From Bacteroidia bacterium (GTDB taxonomy: Bacteria; Bacteroidota; Bacteroidia; AKYH767-A; OLB10), in contig JBBQED010000004.1 of the NCBI GenBank assembly GCA_038320345.1, positions 256,678 through 320,677 of the forward strand: a stretch of DNA of 64,000 bases, in the 5' to 3' direction. The position numbers and the translations under genes were made by a program. Below, piece after piece: positions 48,287 to 57,880 of the stretch; position 1 is the stretch's first letter; the number at the start of each line of letters is the position of its first letter. The notes under the pieces were generated by a model, which saw nothing but the letters and a program-made list of their open reading frames with translations, searched no databases and had not been told where the DNA came from.

Positions 48287-50512
48287 ATGTGTTTCCGGCA
48301 GAATTACTCCCTACTAGTATTTCTTGCATTGATGTATCTCTTTTGTGGGATTCAACATGCAATTCGCAAATCCTTCAGGATTTTTGTGCTTGCAATATTT
48401 TCCATCTCGATTTTATTTTCGGTTGAAGTAATCGCTCAAGAGGATCCTGATTTTCTAAATCTACTCAACGACTCAGTAAGTTCAGGAAATTTTTTACAAC
48501 CCAAACATTCCGGTCGTAAGTTTCCATTTAGTGGTAACGAACTTATCAATCGTAAACGATTAGAAGCAGCTACGCGAAATGAAAACTTTCGTGGAATTGC
48601 CACAGCTGCTGCAAACTTGGGTTGGATTCAGATTAATAAAAGTAATCCTGCTGCCGCTATACCGTATTTTAAGAAATCACTGGAGGCAAATCAGCAAAAT
48701 AAAGACAATAAAGGAATCGGTGCTTCCTACATTGAACTTGGTATTGCAACTCAACAAATCAAGGATGAATTTCATGCAGTAGAATATTTTTCAGCAGCAT
48801 TGCCTTATATCGAAAAACAAAAATTAAATAAGGTAAGTGGCTTTTGTTATGCTATGATTGCACAATCCTATGCGCGACAAAAAGATCCTATTAAATCAGG
48901 AGAATATTACTCTCGTGCGTCGAAATCTTTTCTTGCTGCTGGAGATAAAATTCAGGCTGCAGCATGCTTGAATTTATTGGGTGAAACACAACTCCGATTT
49001 AATGATTACAAGAAAGCTTCTGGTAATCTAAATGCAGCTCTGGAGTTGGCCTCAAAGAGTTCAAAAGATAAAAAAATGCAGGCCGTCATCTTGCGAAATC
49101 TTGGTCTAGTGTATTTTAAGAAAGGTGAATTTGAAAATGCTATTTCCTATTTCAATAAAAGTCTTGCTGCAGATGAACAACTCCTCGTTTTAAAGTTGGT
49201 CAAAGATGCCTACATGCAATTATTTACCATGTTTAGTTTCAGAAATGATTTTGTAAAAGCCGATCAGTTCCACGATAAATATAGAGAGCTCAAAGATCAA
49301 CTGGATAAACGAGATGCTGGAAAAAAACCTGCTCTACTTACTGCCGCAGAAGCCGCAGATAAGCAAAGTGTGATTGAAATGTTGCAAAGGCAAATGGAAG
49401 AACAGTCCTTGCAAATGAATCAACATCAGCTGGAACTGAGTCAGATGATTACTAAAGCAGATATCGAGCTGCAAACAATGAATCAGGAGATTGAACAGAA
49501 AGATCAGAAAGTAAAAGAACTCGAAGAGCAAAAGGTAAAAAATGAACGTGATTTAGCAAGACAAGAATTAAGGATTAGTCGTCAGAATAGCTTCCGTAAT
49601 TTACTTATCGCCATCACCATTGCTGTACTGCTCTTAACACTCTTGCTTTACAACCGTTTTAAATTAAAGCAAAAAGCAAACATCCATCTCGAACACTCCA
49701 ATAAAGAAATTGCTATTGCGATGGATGAACTTAAAAAAGCTCAGGATCGCTTAATTCAGAGTGAAAAGATGGCTTCTCTCGGACAGCTAACAGCAGGCAT
49801 TGCACATGAAATTCAGAACCCGCTCAATTTTGTAAATAATTTTAGTGAGTCTTCTATGATGATGTTGGATGATTATATAGCAACAAAAGATGAAACAGAA
49901 CGAGATGAAATTGGGCAAGAATTAAAAGACAATTTAACGCGTATCCGTCATCATGGTGGCCGAGCTGATAAAATCGTGAAGCATATGCTCCAGCATTCCA
50001 GATCAGGGACTTCTGAAAAAGAAATCAGTGATATTAACCGGATCTGCGAAGAAACATCTGAACTAGCTTACCACGGAGCGCGAGCCAGCCTCAGCGAATT
50101 CCACTGTAATGTAGTAAAGCATTTCGATGATACGCTTCCTCCTGTGATGGTCAACCGTCAGGATCTCAGCAGGGTGCTCGTAAATCTCCTGAACAATAGC
50201 TTTTATGCTATGCATCGTAAAATAAAATCAGATCCAAGTGGTAATTACCAGCCGGAGCTTAATATCTTTACGACGCAGAAAGAGAATCTGGTGGTCATCA
50301 CGGTCCGAGATAACGGTACTGGGATACCGAAACAAGTACAGGAAAAGATCTTCAATCCTTTCTTTACTACCAAGCCTACCGGTGAAGGAACTGGACTAGG
50401 ACTAAGTATGAGTTATGATATTCTAACCAAAGGGCATAACGGCAAACTAGAAATGGAAAGCGAAGAAGGAGTATTCACGGAATTCCGGATTTCAATTCCG
50501 ATAACTATTTAA
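48287..50512 (+). CDS. Membrane sensor histidine kinase with periplasmic TPR repeats and coiled coil
   Basis: TPR-like repeats; TM; '[23 protein letters not shown]'; 'NLLNN', 'DNGTG', 'FFTTK', 'GTGLGL'. Exact start uncertain. Confidence 0.9.
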   Translation: MCFRQNYSLLVFLALMYLFCGIQHAIRKSFRIFVLAIFSISILFSVEVIAQEDPDFLNLLNDSVSSGNFLQPKHSGRKFPFSGNELINRKRLEAATRNENFRGIATAAANLGWIQINKSNPAAAIPYFKKSLEANQQNKDNKGIGASYIELGIATQQIKDEFHAVEYFSAALPYIEKQKLNKVSGFCYAMIAQSYARQKDPIKSGEYYSRASKSFLAAGDKIQAAACLNLLGETQLRFNDYKKASGNLNAALELASKSSKDKKMQAVILRNLGLVYFKKGEFENAISYFNKSLAADEQLLVLKLVKDAYMQLFTMFSFRNDFVKADQFHDKYRELKDQLDKRDAGKKPALLTAAEAADKQSVIEMLQRQMEEQSLQMNQHQLELSQMITKADIELQTMNQEIEQKDQKVKELEEQKVKNERDLARQELRISRQNSFRNLLIAITIAVLLLTLLLYNRFKLKQKANIHLEHSNKEIAIAMDELKKAQDRLIQSEKMASLGQLTAGIAHEIQNPLNFVNNFSESSMMMLDDYIATKDETERDEIGQELKDNLTRIRHHGGRADKIVKHMLQHSRSGTSEKEISDINRICEETSELAYHGARASLSEFHCNVVKHFDDTLPPVMVNRQDLSRVLVNLLNNSFYAMHRKIKSDPSGNYQPELNIFTTQKENLVVITVRDNGTGIPKQVQEKIFNPFFTTKPTGEGTGLGLSMSYDILTKGHNGKLEMESEEGVFTEFRISIPITI

Positions 50513-50528
50513 TATTTGTTGTACTGAT

Positions 50529-50906
50529 ATGAGCGTTAAAATTTTAGTGGTAGATGATGAGAGCGATGTAGAATTACTCTTTCGTCAGCGGTTTCGAAAA
50601 CTAATTAAAGACAAGGAAATAGATTTTTTCTTTGCCTTCTCAGGTGAACAAGCTTTAGATTATCTTAAAACACTGGATCCTCTTGATGTAGCCTTAATTT
50701 TATCAGATATCAATATGCCGGGCATGTCGGGATTTGAATTACTGAAGAAAGTAAAAGATAATTATCCAGAGATGCGCGTGATGATGGTTACGGCATATGG
50801 AGATCCGGAAAACCAAGAACGTGCTAAAGTACTGGGTGCCGATGATCTGCTTTCTAAACCTCTCGATTTTTCTCTCCTTGATGAAAAGCTGGCTAATCTG
50901 AAATAA
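50529..50906 (+). CDS. Single-domain response regulator
   Basis: 'ILVVDDE', 'SDINMPGMSG', 'VTAYG', 'KP'. Confidence 0.9.
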   Translation: MSVKILVVDDESDVELLFRQRFRKLIKDKEIDFFFAFSGEQALDYLKTLDPLDVALILSDINMPGMSGFELLKKVKDNYPEMRVMMVTAYGDPENQERAKVLGADDLLSKPLDFSLLDEKLANLK

Positions 50907-52493
50907 ATGAGCGATTACGTCCCACATATCTTAGTTGTTGACGATGAACCCGATTTGGAGTTACTTGTGAAGCAACGTTTCCGTAAGCAGATTAAAGATG
51001 GTGCATATACCTTCAGCTTTGCATTGAATGGAAAGCAGGCGATTGATATCTTGAAAGAAAAAATTGATATCAGAGTTATGATGACGGATATTAATATGCC
51101 GGTGATGGATGGACTAACGTTACTGAATGAACTAAAATCAATAGATCGTCCAGTAAAGGCTATCGTTGCTTCTGCATATTCTGATCTGGTAAATATTCGT
51201 ACTGCCATGAATCGCGGTGCTTTCGATTTTGTTACTAAACCTATTGATTTCGTTGATCTCGAAACTACTTTACAAAAAACTATTCGTGAGCAACAACTGA
51301 TCTATGCAGGACAAGAGGCCCAGCAAAATCTAACATCCGCCATTACTGCAAAAGAAGCTGCTGAAGAAAGTGCACAGTTTAAGCAACAGTTCCTTGCAAA
51401 TATGAGTCATGAGATTCGCACTCCATTAAATGCTGTGGTGGGAATGACGAATTTACTCCTTGATAAAGGGCCTAGAGATGATCAGATGCGTTATCTCACA
51501 GCGATGAAACAGGCCTCTCAGAATTTATTGGGAATCATTAACGATATTCTTGATATCTCAAAAATTGAAGCGGGAAAAGTTACACTCGAAAAAATAGATT
51601 TTAATTTAAAAGCGACTGTTGATGGTGTGTATCAAACTCTGCACCTGAAGGCCGAAGAAAATAAATTAAATTTCAACTACGAAATCGATCCATCACTTCC
51701 AGTATACATTAAAGGTGATCCAACGCGCTTGTCACAGATCATCACCAACCTAAGTGGGAATGCTATTAAATTTACTCCGGAAGGTGGTACTATTACCATT
51801 CGATGTTTTCCTGAGAGTCCGGTAAATGAAAATCCTATTCTCATCAAATTTGAAGTAGAAGATACTGGCATTGGCATTTCTCTGGATCAGTTGAGTAAAA
51901 TTTTTGAAAGCTTCACCCAGGAAAGTAGCGACACTACTCGCAAATATGGCGGTACTGGTTTAGGCTTAAGCATCAGTAAACAGCTGGTGGAATTACAAGA
52001 AGGAGAAATGTCGGTGAAGAGTACCAAAGGTAAAGGCACCACCTTCATATTTAAAATTCCTTATGATGCAGGCGAAGCTCCTATCGAAAATAATGAATCG
52101 AAAATTGCAGCGCAATCATTGAGTCGACCATTGTTAATTTTGCTAGCCGAAGATCAGCCGATGAATCAGATGGTGGCAGTAGATACTTTGGAAGGATTAT
52201 TTCCGGGAATCACCATTGATGTGGCGAATAACGGAAAAGAAGCCGTTGACCTTAGTGCAGCAAAAGAATATGATGTCATCCTGATGGATATACATATGCC
52301 GATAATGGACGGCTATGAAGCTTCGAAAACGATTCGTGCCAGTGGTTCGAAGGTGCCCATCGTAGCACTCACTGCTAATGTAATCCGTGAAGAAATTGAT
52401 AAATGCCTCGCCTCGGGGATGGATCGACATCTGGCAAAACCCTTTGATCCCCAACATTTACAGGAGCTGGTATTGAGTTTGGTGAAACCTTAA
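50907..52493 (+). CDS. Cytoplasmic hybrid kinase (REC-HisKA-HATPase-REC)
   Basis: N-terminal REC; '[14 protein letters not shown]'; 'NAIKFT', 'DTGIG', 'GGTGLGL'; C-terminal REC 'LAED...MDIHMP...KP'. Confidence 0.9.
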   Translation: MSDYVPHILVVDDEPDLELLVKQRFRKQIKDGAYTFSFALNGKQAIDILKEKIDIRVMMTDINMPVMDGLTLLNELKSIDRPVKAIVASAYSDLVNIRTAMNRGAFDFVTKPIDFVDLETTLQKTIREQQLIYAGQEAQQNLTSAITAKEAAEESAQFKQQFLANMSHEIRTPLNAVVGMTNLLLDKGPRDDQMRYLTAMKQASQNLLGIINDILDISKIEAGKVTLEKIDFNLKATVDGVYQTLHLKAEENKLNFNYEIDPSLPVYIKGDPTRLSQIITNLSGNAIKFTPEGGTITIRCFPESPVNENPILIKFEVEDTGIGISLDQLSKIFESFTQESSDTTRKYGGTGLGLSISKQLVELQEGEMSVKSTKGKGTTFIFKIPYDAGEAPIENNESKIAAQSLSRPLLILLAEDQPMNQMVAVDTLEGLFPGITIDVANNGKEAVDLSAAKEYDVILMDIHMPIMDGYEASKTIRASGSKVPIVALTANVIREEIDKCLASGMDRHLAKPFDPQHLQELVLSLVKP

Positions 52494-52584
52494 TTTTGAA
52501 GTCAATAAATTAATGATCGGGGATAGTTGTAAACGATCTAACCTAATGAACCTTTTGTATATTCGTGCCTGATTTATAGCCCTG

Positions 52585-52953
52585 ATGACCATGAGTGAAG
52601 ACAGAAAATTAACTGACCTGAGTTATCTCCGAAGCCTTACTAACGGAGCTAATGATAAGATGACAAAATATATCCGGATGTTTTTGACCGGAGCACCAAT
52701 CAGTATTCAGCAAATGGATTTATATTCATTAAGTAAAGACTGGATGGGCGTTAAACAAACGGCACATGCACTGAAACCTCAGCTTGGATATTTTGGCGCA
52801 AAAGGAAGTGAAGATTTATTAAAAGAAATTGAACGCATTGCAGGTGAACAATCTGATCTGGAAAGAATTCCCGCTCACCTAGAAAATTTTCGTAAGCAGT
52901 TTGATCAAATCAGCGCTGAACTAGAAGTGTCGCTGAAAGAACTAGAAAACTAA
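52585..52953 (+). CDS. Hpt (histidine phosphotransfer) protein
   Basis: 'DLSYL', 'AHALKP...G'; helical; within the phosphorelay cluster. Confidence 0.85.
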   Translation: MTMSEDRKLTDLSYLRSLTNGANDKMTKYIRMFLTGAPISIQQMDLYSLSKDWMGVKQTAHALKPQLGYFGAKGSEDLLKEIERIAGEQSDLERIPAHLENFRKQFDQISAELEVSLKELEN

Positions 52954-52961
52954 TTTACCGT

Positions 52962-53486
52962 ATGGCCGATTCTAAACCATCCATCTACATCGTTGACGAT
53001 GAACCTTTGCAAAGAGATATGCTTCAAGATCATCTGAGCAGTATGTCAGGGTATGATACACATTCATTTGCAACCGGAGAGGAATGTCTCGCAGCTATTG
53101 AGGTGCGGAAACCAGCGATTGTATTCTTGGATTATCATCTGAATTCTCAGGTGCGTGATGCGCTCGATGGAATTGATATCCTCAAAGAAATTAAAAAAGT
53201 TAGCCCAGAATCGGAAGTAGTAATGATTTCTGGCCAAGATAAAATTGAAGTTGCCGTAAATACTATGAAATACGGAGCATTCGATTATATTGTAAAGGGA
53301 GAAGGAGCATTTTACCGTGCAGAAAAAACTGTATTCAATATCTACCGCTATAACAAAATGGCAGGAGATGCCAGCCGCTATAAAAAGCTAACGATCGTTT
53401 TTGGGATCGGAATGCTGTTGATGATTATCCTTGTTATTATCCTGCAACAAAAAGGGTTGATTAAAAATAATCCGGGCTGGATGTAA
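52962..53486 (+). CDS. Response regulator with a C-terminal transmembrane helix
   Basis: 'IVDDE', 'LDYHL', 'ISGQ', 'DYIVK', then 'LTIVFGIGMLLMIILVIIL'. Confidence 0.85.
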   Translation: MADSKPSIYIVDDEPLQRDMLQDHLSSMSGYDTHSFATGEECLAAIEVRKPAIVFLDYHLNSQVRDALDGIDILKEIKKVSPESEVVMISGQDKIEVAVNTMKYGAFDYIVKGEGAFYRAEKTVFNIYRYNKMAGDASRYKKLTIVFGIGMLLMIILVIILQQKGLIKNNPGWM

Positions 53487-53625
53487 ATCAAATTACGAGT
53501 TGCTTTCCGATTTACAGATGGAGATAAAGGCTAGTTTGAAATAAGTTGAATTTATTTCTACTTTTTCTCCGTGTCTATGACTACTAGTTTGGTTTTGCTT
53601 GAATGAATATTTTCTTGATTTATTC

Positions 53626-54372
53626 TCAATTCAATTTCAGTTGTGCCGCGCCAATAATTTTGAAAGAATAAGTGTTTTGAAGATATGCGATAATTGCTCT
53701 ATTACCAATAGTAGGCAAGGGATTCGTTTCAAATTTAACTTCTCCTTTCTCTGTTGCCTTTATTGATATAAATTGCTTCACAATATTATGACCTGTTAAA
53801 TTCAATCCTGCGTTTTCTCCCCTTTTTATAGACGTCGTTTCGCTTAAGGATACTAAAGCAAAGTGTATTGTACATTTATCACAATTACCAACTAACTCAT
53901 AGGTCACTTTTAATTCTTTCTTATCGTTAAACAACGCATTTAAATTTTTAAATTTAACTTCAGATTCTAGCGCGAGACTTTCTTTAATAGCCTTTTCTAG
54001 CGCTTTTTCATCTGATCCAACAAACTCACGGGTACCATTAACAACAATTTGTGGTGTATAGCTAGAACGCAAATTAAAATGGTTAACGTATTCACCTTGA
54101 TATTGAGAAAACTGTTTACTGCTAAATGGATCTTTCCAACCTAAATAATTCCAATAATCGACATGAAAGGAGAGCGCAACTATTTTTTTCCCATTTGCTT
54201 CGGCGTTAGAAATAGTTTTAGACAATAAACGGTCAGCAGGTGGGCAACTGGAACAACCTTGTGAAGTAAACAGTTCAAGGACTACTACTGGTTCAAATGT
54301 TAATGCTTTCTTAAAACTTACTAACGGCGTTAAACATATAATCAAGAAAATTAAAATCTTTGTATTCTTCAT
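53626..54372 (-). CDS. DUF1223 family exported thioredoxin-like protein
   Basis: Signal peptide; 'ELFTSQGCSSCPPAD', 'FHVDYWNYLGWKDPFS', 'YTPQ.VVNG', 'RGEN.G'. Confidence 0.9.
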   Translation of the reverse strand: MKNTKILIFLIICLTPLVSFKKALTFEPVVVLELFTSQGCSSCPPADRLLSKTISNAEANGKKIVALSFHVDYWNYLGWKDPFSSKQFSQYQGEYVNHFNLRSSYTPQIVVNGTREFVGSDEKALEKAIKESLALESEVKFKNLNALFNDKKELKVTYELVGNCDKCTIHFALVSLSETTSIKRGENAGLNLTGHNIVKQFISIKATEKGEVKFETNPLPTIGNRAIIAYLQNTYSFKIIGAAQLKLN

Positions 54373-54641
54373 AGCGTTTTTAAATAATAGCACTAAACAT
54401 TCCAACTCCTTCATTCTTAGCAGAACCAGAAACACCTAAGATTACACCATTAACGTTTATCCAATTCTATATTCTGCAATTAGGCTATAAGCTCATTTTC
54501 AAATCTATTAGTTCAATCAGTTAAACCCGCTTTTAACTAGTTGCATTATGACATCGCCTTAACAGCAGTAAACGCTTCAATTATTTTTATAGTTAATGGA
54601 AATGCGGAGATGAAATTCTGCAATTGCTCGCATTGCTAGAG

Positions 54642-55277
54642 TTATTTGTAATTCGTTTTAAAATCTTTTTTGAATTCCATAAATTCAGGAATGGATACAT
54701 TACGCACATATCCTTCATTAGGATGATTGTGAATATATTCTTGATGATATTCTTCAGCAGGATAAAACATTTTAAACGGCATAACTTCAGTTACAATTTT
54801 CCCGGCGAATTTTTTTGAATCAGTGAGTCGTTTGATTTCCACAGTGATAATTTGTTTTTCATGCTCATTGCGATAAAAAGCAACAGATCTATATTGAGTA
54901 CCTTCATCATTTCCTTGACGGTTTAAGGTGGTGGGATCTTGGCTTGCAAAGAATGCTTTTACCAGCGTTTCATAAGAAATTTTTGAAGGGTCGTAATACA
55001 CCTGAACAGCCTCTGCATGTCCTGTTGAACCTGAACAAACTTTTTCATAGCTAGGTTGGGCTTCGTATCCACCGGAGTAGCCTGACACGGCATCACGAAC
55101 ACCTACCAAACTTTGAAACACAATTTCAGAGTGCCAGAAACAACCTTCCGCAAATGTTGCAACCTGCTCATTGCTGGTTTTTTGATTTGAACCTAATGGA
55201 AATTGTTCACTTTTACTTTGGGAGTTTACGCAAGAACTAAAACTTAGCATTGCGATAAATAGGGAAAGAATTTTCAT
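54642..55277 (-). CDS. msrA: Peptide methionine sulfoxide reductase A, lipoprotein
   Basis: 'GCFW', 'SGYSGG', 'GHAE', 'RQGND.GTQYRS', 'AEEYHQ'; lipobox-like 'SFSSC'. Confidence 0.92.
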   Translation of the reverse strand: MKILSLFIAMLSFSSCVNSQSKSEQFPLGSNQKTSNEQVATFAEGCFWHSEIVFQSLVGVRDAVSGYSGGYEAQPSYEKVCSGSTGHAEAVQVYYDPSKISYETLVKAFFASQDPTTLNRQGNDEGTQYRSVAFYRNEHEKQIITVEIKRLTDSKKFAGKIVTEVMPFKMFYPAEEYHQEYIHNHPNEGYVRNVSIPEFMEFKKDFKTNYK

Positions 55278-55284
55278 ATATTTT

Positions 55285-55821
55285 TTATTTTGATTTAACT
55301 GGGGGTGTACCACCTTCTGGAACGAATATTAGCGCAGCTGAATTCATACAATATCTTTTTCCTGTTGGCGCAGGTCCATCATCAAAAACATGTCCGAGGT
55401 GAGAACCACTTTTACTATCCACAACTTCTGTGCGTGTCATACCATCGCTTTGATCAACAATCAATCGCACTGCATCTGGATTGATTGCTGCAAAAAAACT
55501 TGGCCATCCCGTTCCAGAATCAAATTTTGCTTCAGAACTAAAAAGTGGTTGATAGGTGGCAGCAGAATAATATGTTCCTTTTTCATAGAAATGATCATAT
55601 TTTCCTGATCCAGCACGTTCCGTCCCTGCTTCTCGCAATATGTAGTATTGCTCATCAGTTAACTTCATTTTCCACTCTGCTTCTGATAGCTGTATTGGAT
55701 AAACTGTTTTATTAGTAGCAACTGAAGGATCTGGATACATTTTATTTTGAGATTGTACATTATCACATCCCATGCTTAGGAATGCAATTGTTATAATTAA
55801 AATTGCTTGAATTTTCACCAT
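55285..55821 (-). CDS. msrB: Peptide methionine (R)-sulfoxide reductase B, Zn-free, lipoprotein
   Basis: 'GTE', '[11 protein letters not shown]', '[19 protein letters not shown]'; lipobox-like 'LSMGC'. Confidence 0.92.
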   Translation of the reverse strand: MVKIQAILIITIAFLSMGCDNVQSQNKMYPDPSVATNKTVYPIQLSEAEWKMKLTDEQYYILREAGTERAGSGKYDHFYEKGTYYSAATYQPLFSSEAKFDSGTGWPSFFAAINPDAVRLIVDQSDGMTRTEVVDSKSGSHLGHVFDDGPAPTGKRYCMNSAALIFVPEGGTPPVKSK

Positions 55822-56025
55822 GATTTATTTTTTTAGAATCAGTTTTTGATAATTTGAATATATTGTGCTTGAAGAATGAATTAAATGTGTTTGGAGTATT
55901 GTAATGAATAATTTGAGTTTGTATTATTTCAATTGAGATTGTCGTCAGTAAAAAGCAATTCGAGTATTAGCTTGCTTAGCACCTGAACATTTACATCAAT
56001 TTACGTTTAACTATGTTCCTATAGA

Positions 56026-56062
56026 TGCAAAACAACGTATAAAGTATCACAAAATGATCACG
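56026..56062 (-). promoter_or_regulatory. Direct-repeat operator plus TTTG promoter element upstream of msrB-msrA
   Basis: Minus strand CGTGATCATTTTGTGATAC-TTTATACGTTGT-TTTGCA; same layout as 60683-60719. Confidence 0.65.
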
Positions 56063-56214
56063 AAACAATTGAATTATAGAAAAACGCCTTTTTAATATTG
56101 AAATTTACATTATCCAAACAAACATTACGATGAGAACACTGCAATCTTCAAGCCTAGTGACTTAAATAAAAATAGGATTTCAAGTTTACAAATAAGGTCT
56201 AATTATTACTTCTC

Positions 56215-57027
56215 TTATAGTGAAGCATCATAAACATACCCGCGTTCAAACCAGTAATCACGGGGAGGGGTATCTGAAAAATAAATATACCCGATACGTT
56301 TTAAATTTTTGACACCGTACTTCACTGGAATTATTAGCCGTAATGGATAACCCTGATTCATTGGTAATGGTTTTTCGTTTAGCTCATAACACAAAATAGT
56401 TTGAGATTGCAACATGCTTTTCATATCAATCCCAACGTAGTATTGGCTATCTGGTGTCATTAATCCGACGTATTTGTATAAATCTTCGGGATGATTTGTG
56501 TCAATGGCCTTACCGCTATGCGTTCCTAATTTATATTTTCTTATAAAATCAGTAAAATTAATTCCGCCCCAATAAGTAATTTGATTCCAACCTTCAATAC
56601 ATTTAAAATCAAAAACCAAATCCCGTTTAGGCATGGAGGTAATATCTTTCATTGTTAATTCCAAGGTTGAATCAGGTGACGAGCTTTCGGGATGGCGATT
56701 GATGATAAGTTTCCAAGCGTCTGGATTAAAGTCATTACTCATGCCTATTTTTCCATTAACACGAGCTATTTTTGCTGCCATACTTTTAGGGTATTCACGT
56801 GCTAAATTCATCTTATTAAAAACAACATTATTCACCTTTTCATTTACCTTTAACACCGTGCGTAAAGGCTTCAAAGCTCCTTCCTCCCTAGGTTGGTTTC
56901 TTAACCATTTCCAACTAACTACTGAAAGAGTAAAAAATAGTATCAATACCGAAAACGACAAAATTGTTTTTCTCTGAATGTATTGATTTAATTTTTTTTC
57001 TTGTTGATGGTCTTGATTTGTTTCCAT
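56215..57027 (-). CDS. Molybdopterin-dependent oxidoreductase, sulfite oxidase family (MsrP/YedY-like)
   Basis: Mo-ligand 'FKCIEGW', 'GYPLRLIIPVKYGVKNLKRI', 'DYWFERGY'; N-terminal hydrophobic helix. Confidence 0.85.
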   Translation of the reverse strand: METNQDHQQEKKLNQYIQRKTILSFSVLILFFTLSVVSWKWLRNQPREEGALKPLRTVLKVNEKVNNVVFNKMNLAREYPKSMAAKIARVNGKIGMSNDFNPDAWKLIINRHPESSSPDSTLELTMKDITSMPKRDLVFDFKCIEGWNQITYWGGINFTDFIRKYKLGTHSGKAIDTNHPEDLYKYVGLMTPDSQYYVGIDMKSMLQSQTILCYELNEKPLPMNQGYPLRLIIPVKYGVKNLKRIGYIYFSDTPPRDYWFERGYVYDASL

Positions 57028-57032
57028 ACTAA

Positions 57033-57842
57033 TTAAGATTGATCGAGGTTAGGATTGTTTTCATCTAATCCAACAGCTTTATTTGCTTTGGGATCCTCTA
57101 TAATTATATCCTCATGAATGGTAGTATCAGTCCCACGGACTTTAATTGCAACGTATGATTTTTCCGGTACTAAAGAATTCTCAATTCCAGAAATATTTTC
57201 CACTTCAAAACCTGTAACCATGGCACTAAAGTTTTTCCATCCGGCTCGAACTACTTGAGCAATATGTATTACAAAAAATAAAACATACCCGATTGTAAGA
57301 ATGAAATGTTCTATACGAGCCCATTCGTATCCACCGAGTAAAAATGCAATCCCTCCAAATTGAATAGGTTTGTAAATTACTATTCCAGTCACCAGAGAAC
57401 CAAATCCCATGATGATGATTAATGAGTAGGCGATTTTTTGCGCACCATTATATCTTAATTGAGGAGGTTTGAATTTGCTTAAATGTAAATCATGCAATAA
57501 AACTTGTTTAGCTTCTTTAAATGATTTTTTGTTAGGTAATAAATATTTCCATTCACCTGAAAATGCAGTATATAAAACGTACAAAAGACCATTAATTGCA
57601 AAAATCCACATAAATACAAAGTGAAAAGCCATTCCATCCGCCAGGTGAAACGGAACATTTAAGGCTTTATAAAATGAATCAGGGAATAATATAAGAATTG
57701 TTTGATCTCCCCAACCTATGTCATATACATCATTAGCCCAATAAATCAATAGACCGCTCCAAATCATCACTCCAAGCACAGGAAAGTTAATCCAATGAAA
57801 CCATCTTACGGCAAGTGGATGTTTATTTTTAATTCGTTTCAT
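57033..57842 (-). CDS. Di-heme cytochrome b subunit (Ni/Fe-hydrogenase/thiosulfate reductase cytochrome b family)
   Basis: 'HPLAVRWFHWIN', 'SGL.IY', 'FHF', 'YNGAQKIAY', 'AR..HF', 'HI'; four TM helices. Confidence 0.85.
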   Translation of the reverse strand: MKRIKNKHPLAVRWFHWINFPVLGVMIWSGLLIYWANDVYDIGWGDQTILILFPDSFYKALNVPFHLADGMAFHFVFMWIFAINGLLYVLYTAFSGEWKYLLPNKKSFKEAKQVLLHDLHLSKFKPPQLRYNGAQKIAYSLIIIMGFGSLVTGIVIYKPIQFGGIAFLLGGYEWARIEHFILTIGYVLFFVIHIAQVVRAGWKNFSAMVTGFEVENISGIENSLVPEKSYVAIKVRGTDTTIHEDIIIEDPKANKAVGLDENNPNLDQS

Positions 57843-57880
57843 TAGTGTTTTAGGATTTTGCCTACTTCATATAAAATTAT

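Noticed and set aside
54642-55821. Selenocysteine or frameshifted msrA/msrB fusion
   Set aside because: Both catalytic residues are ordinary Cys codons. Each gene has its own signal peptide and stop; the track overlap disappears with the 55277 start.
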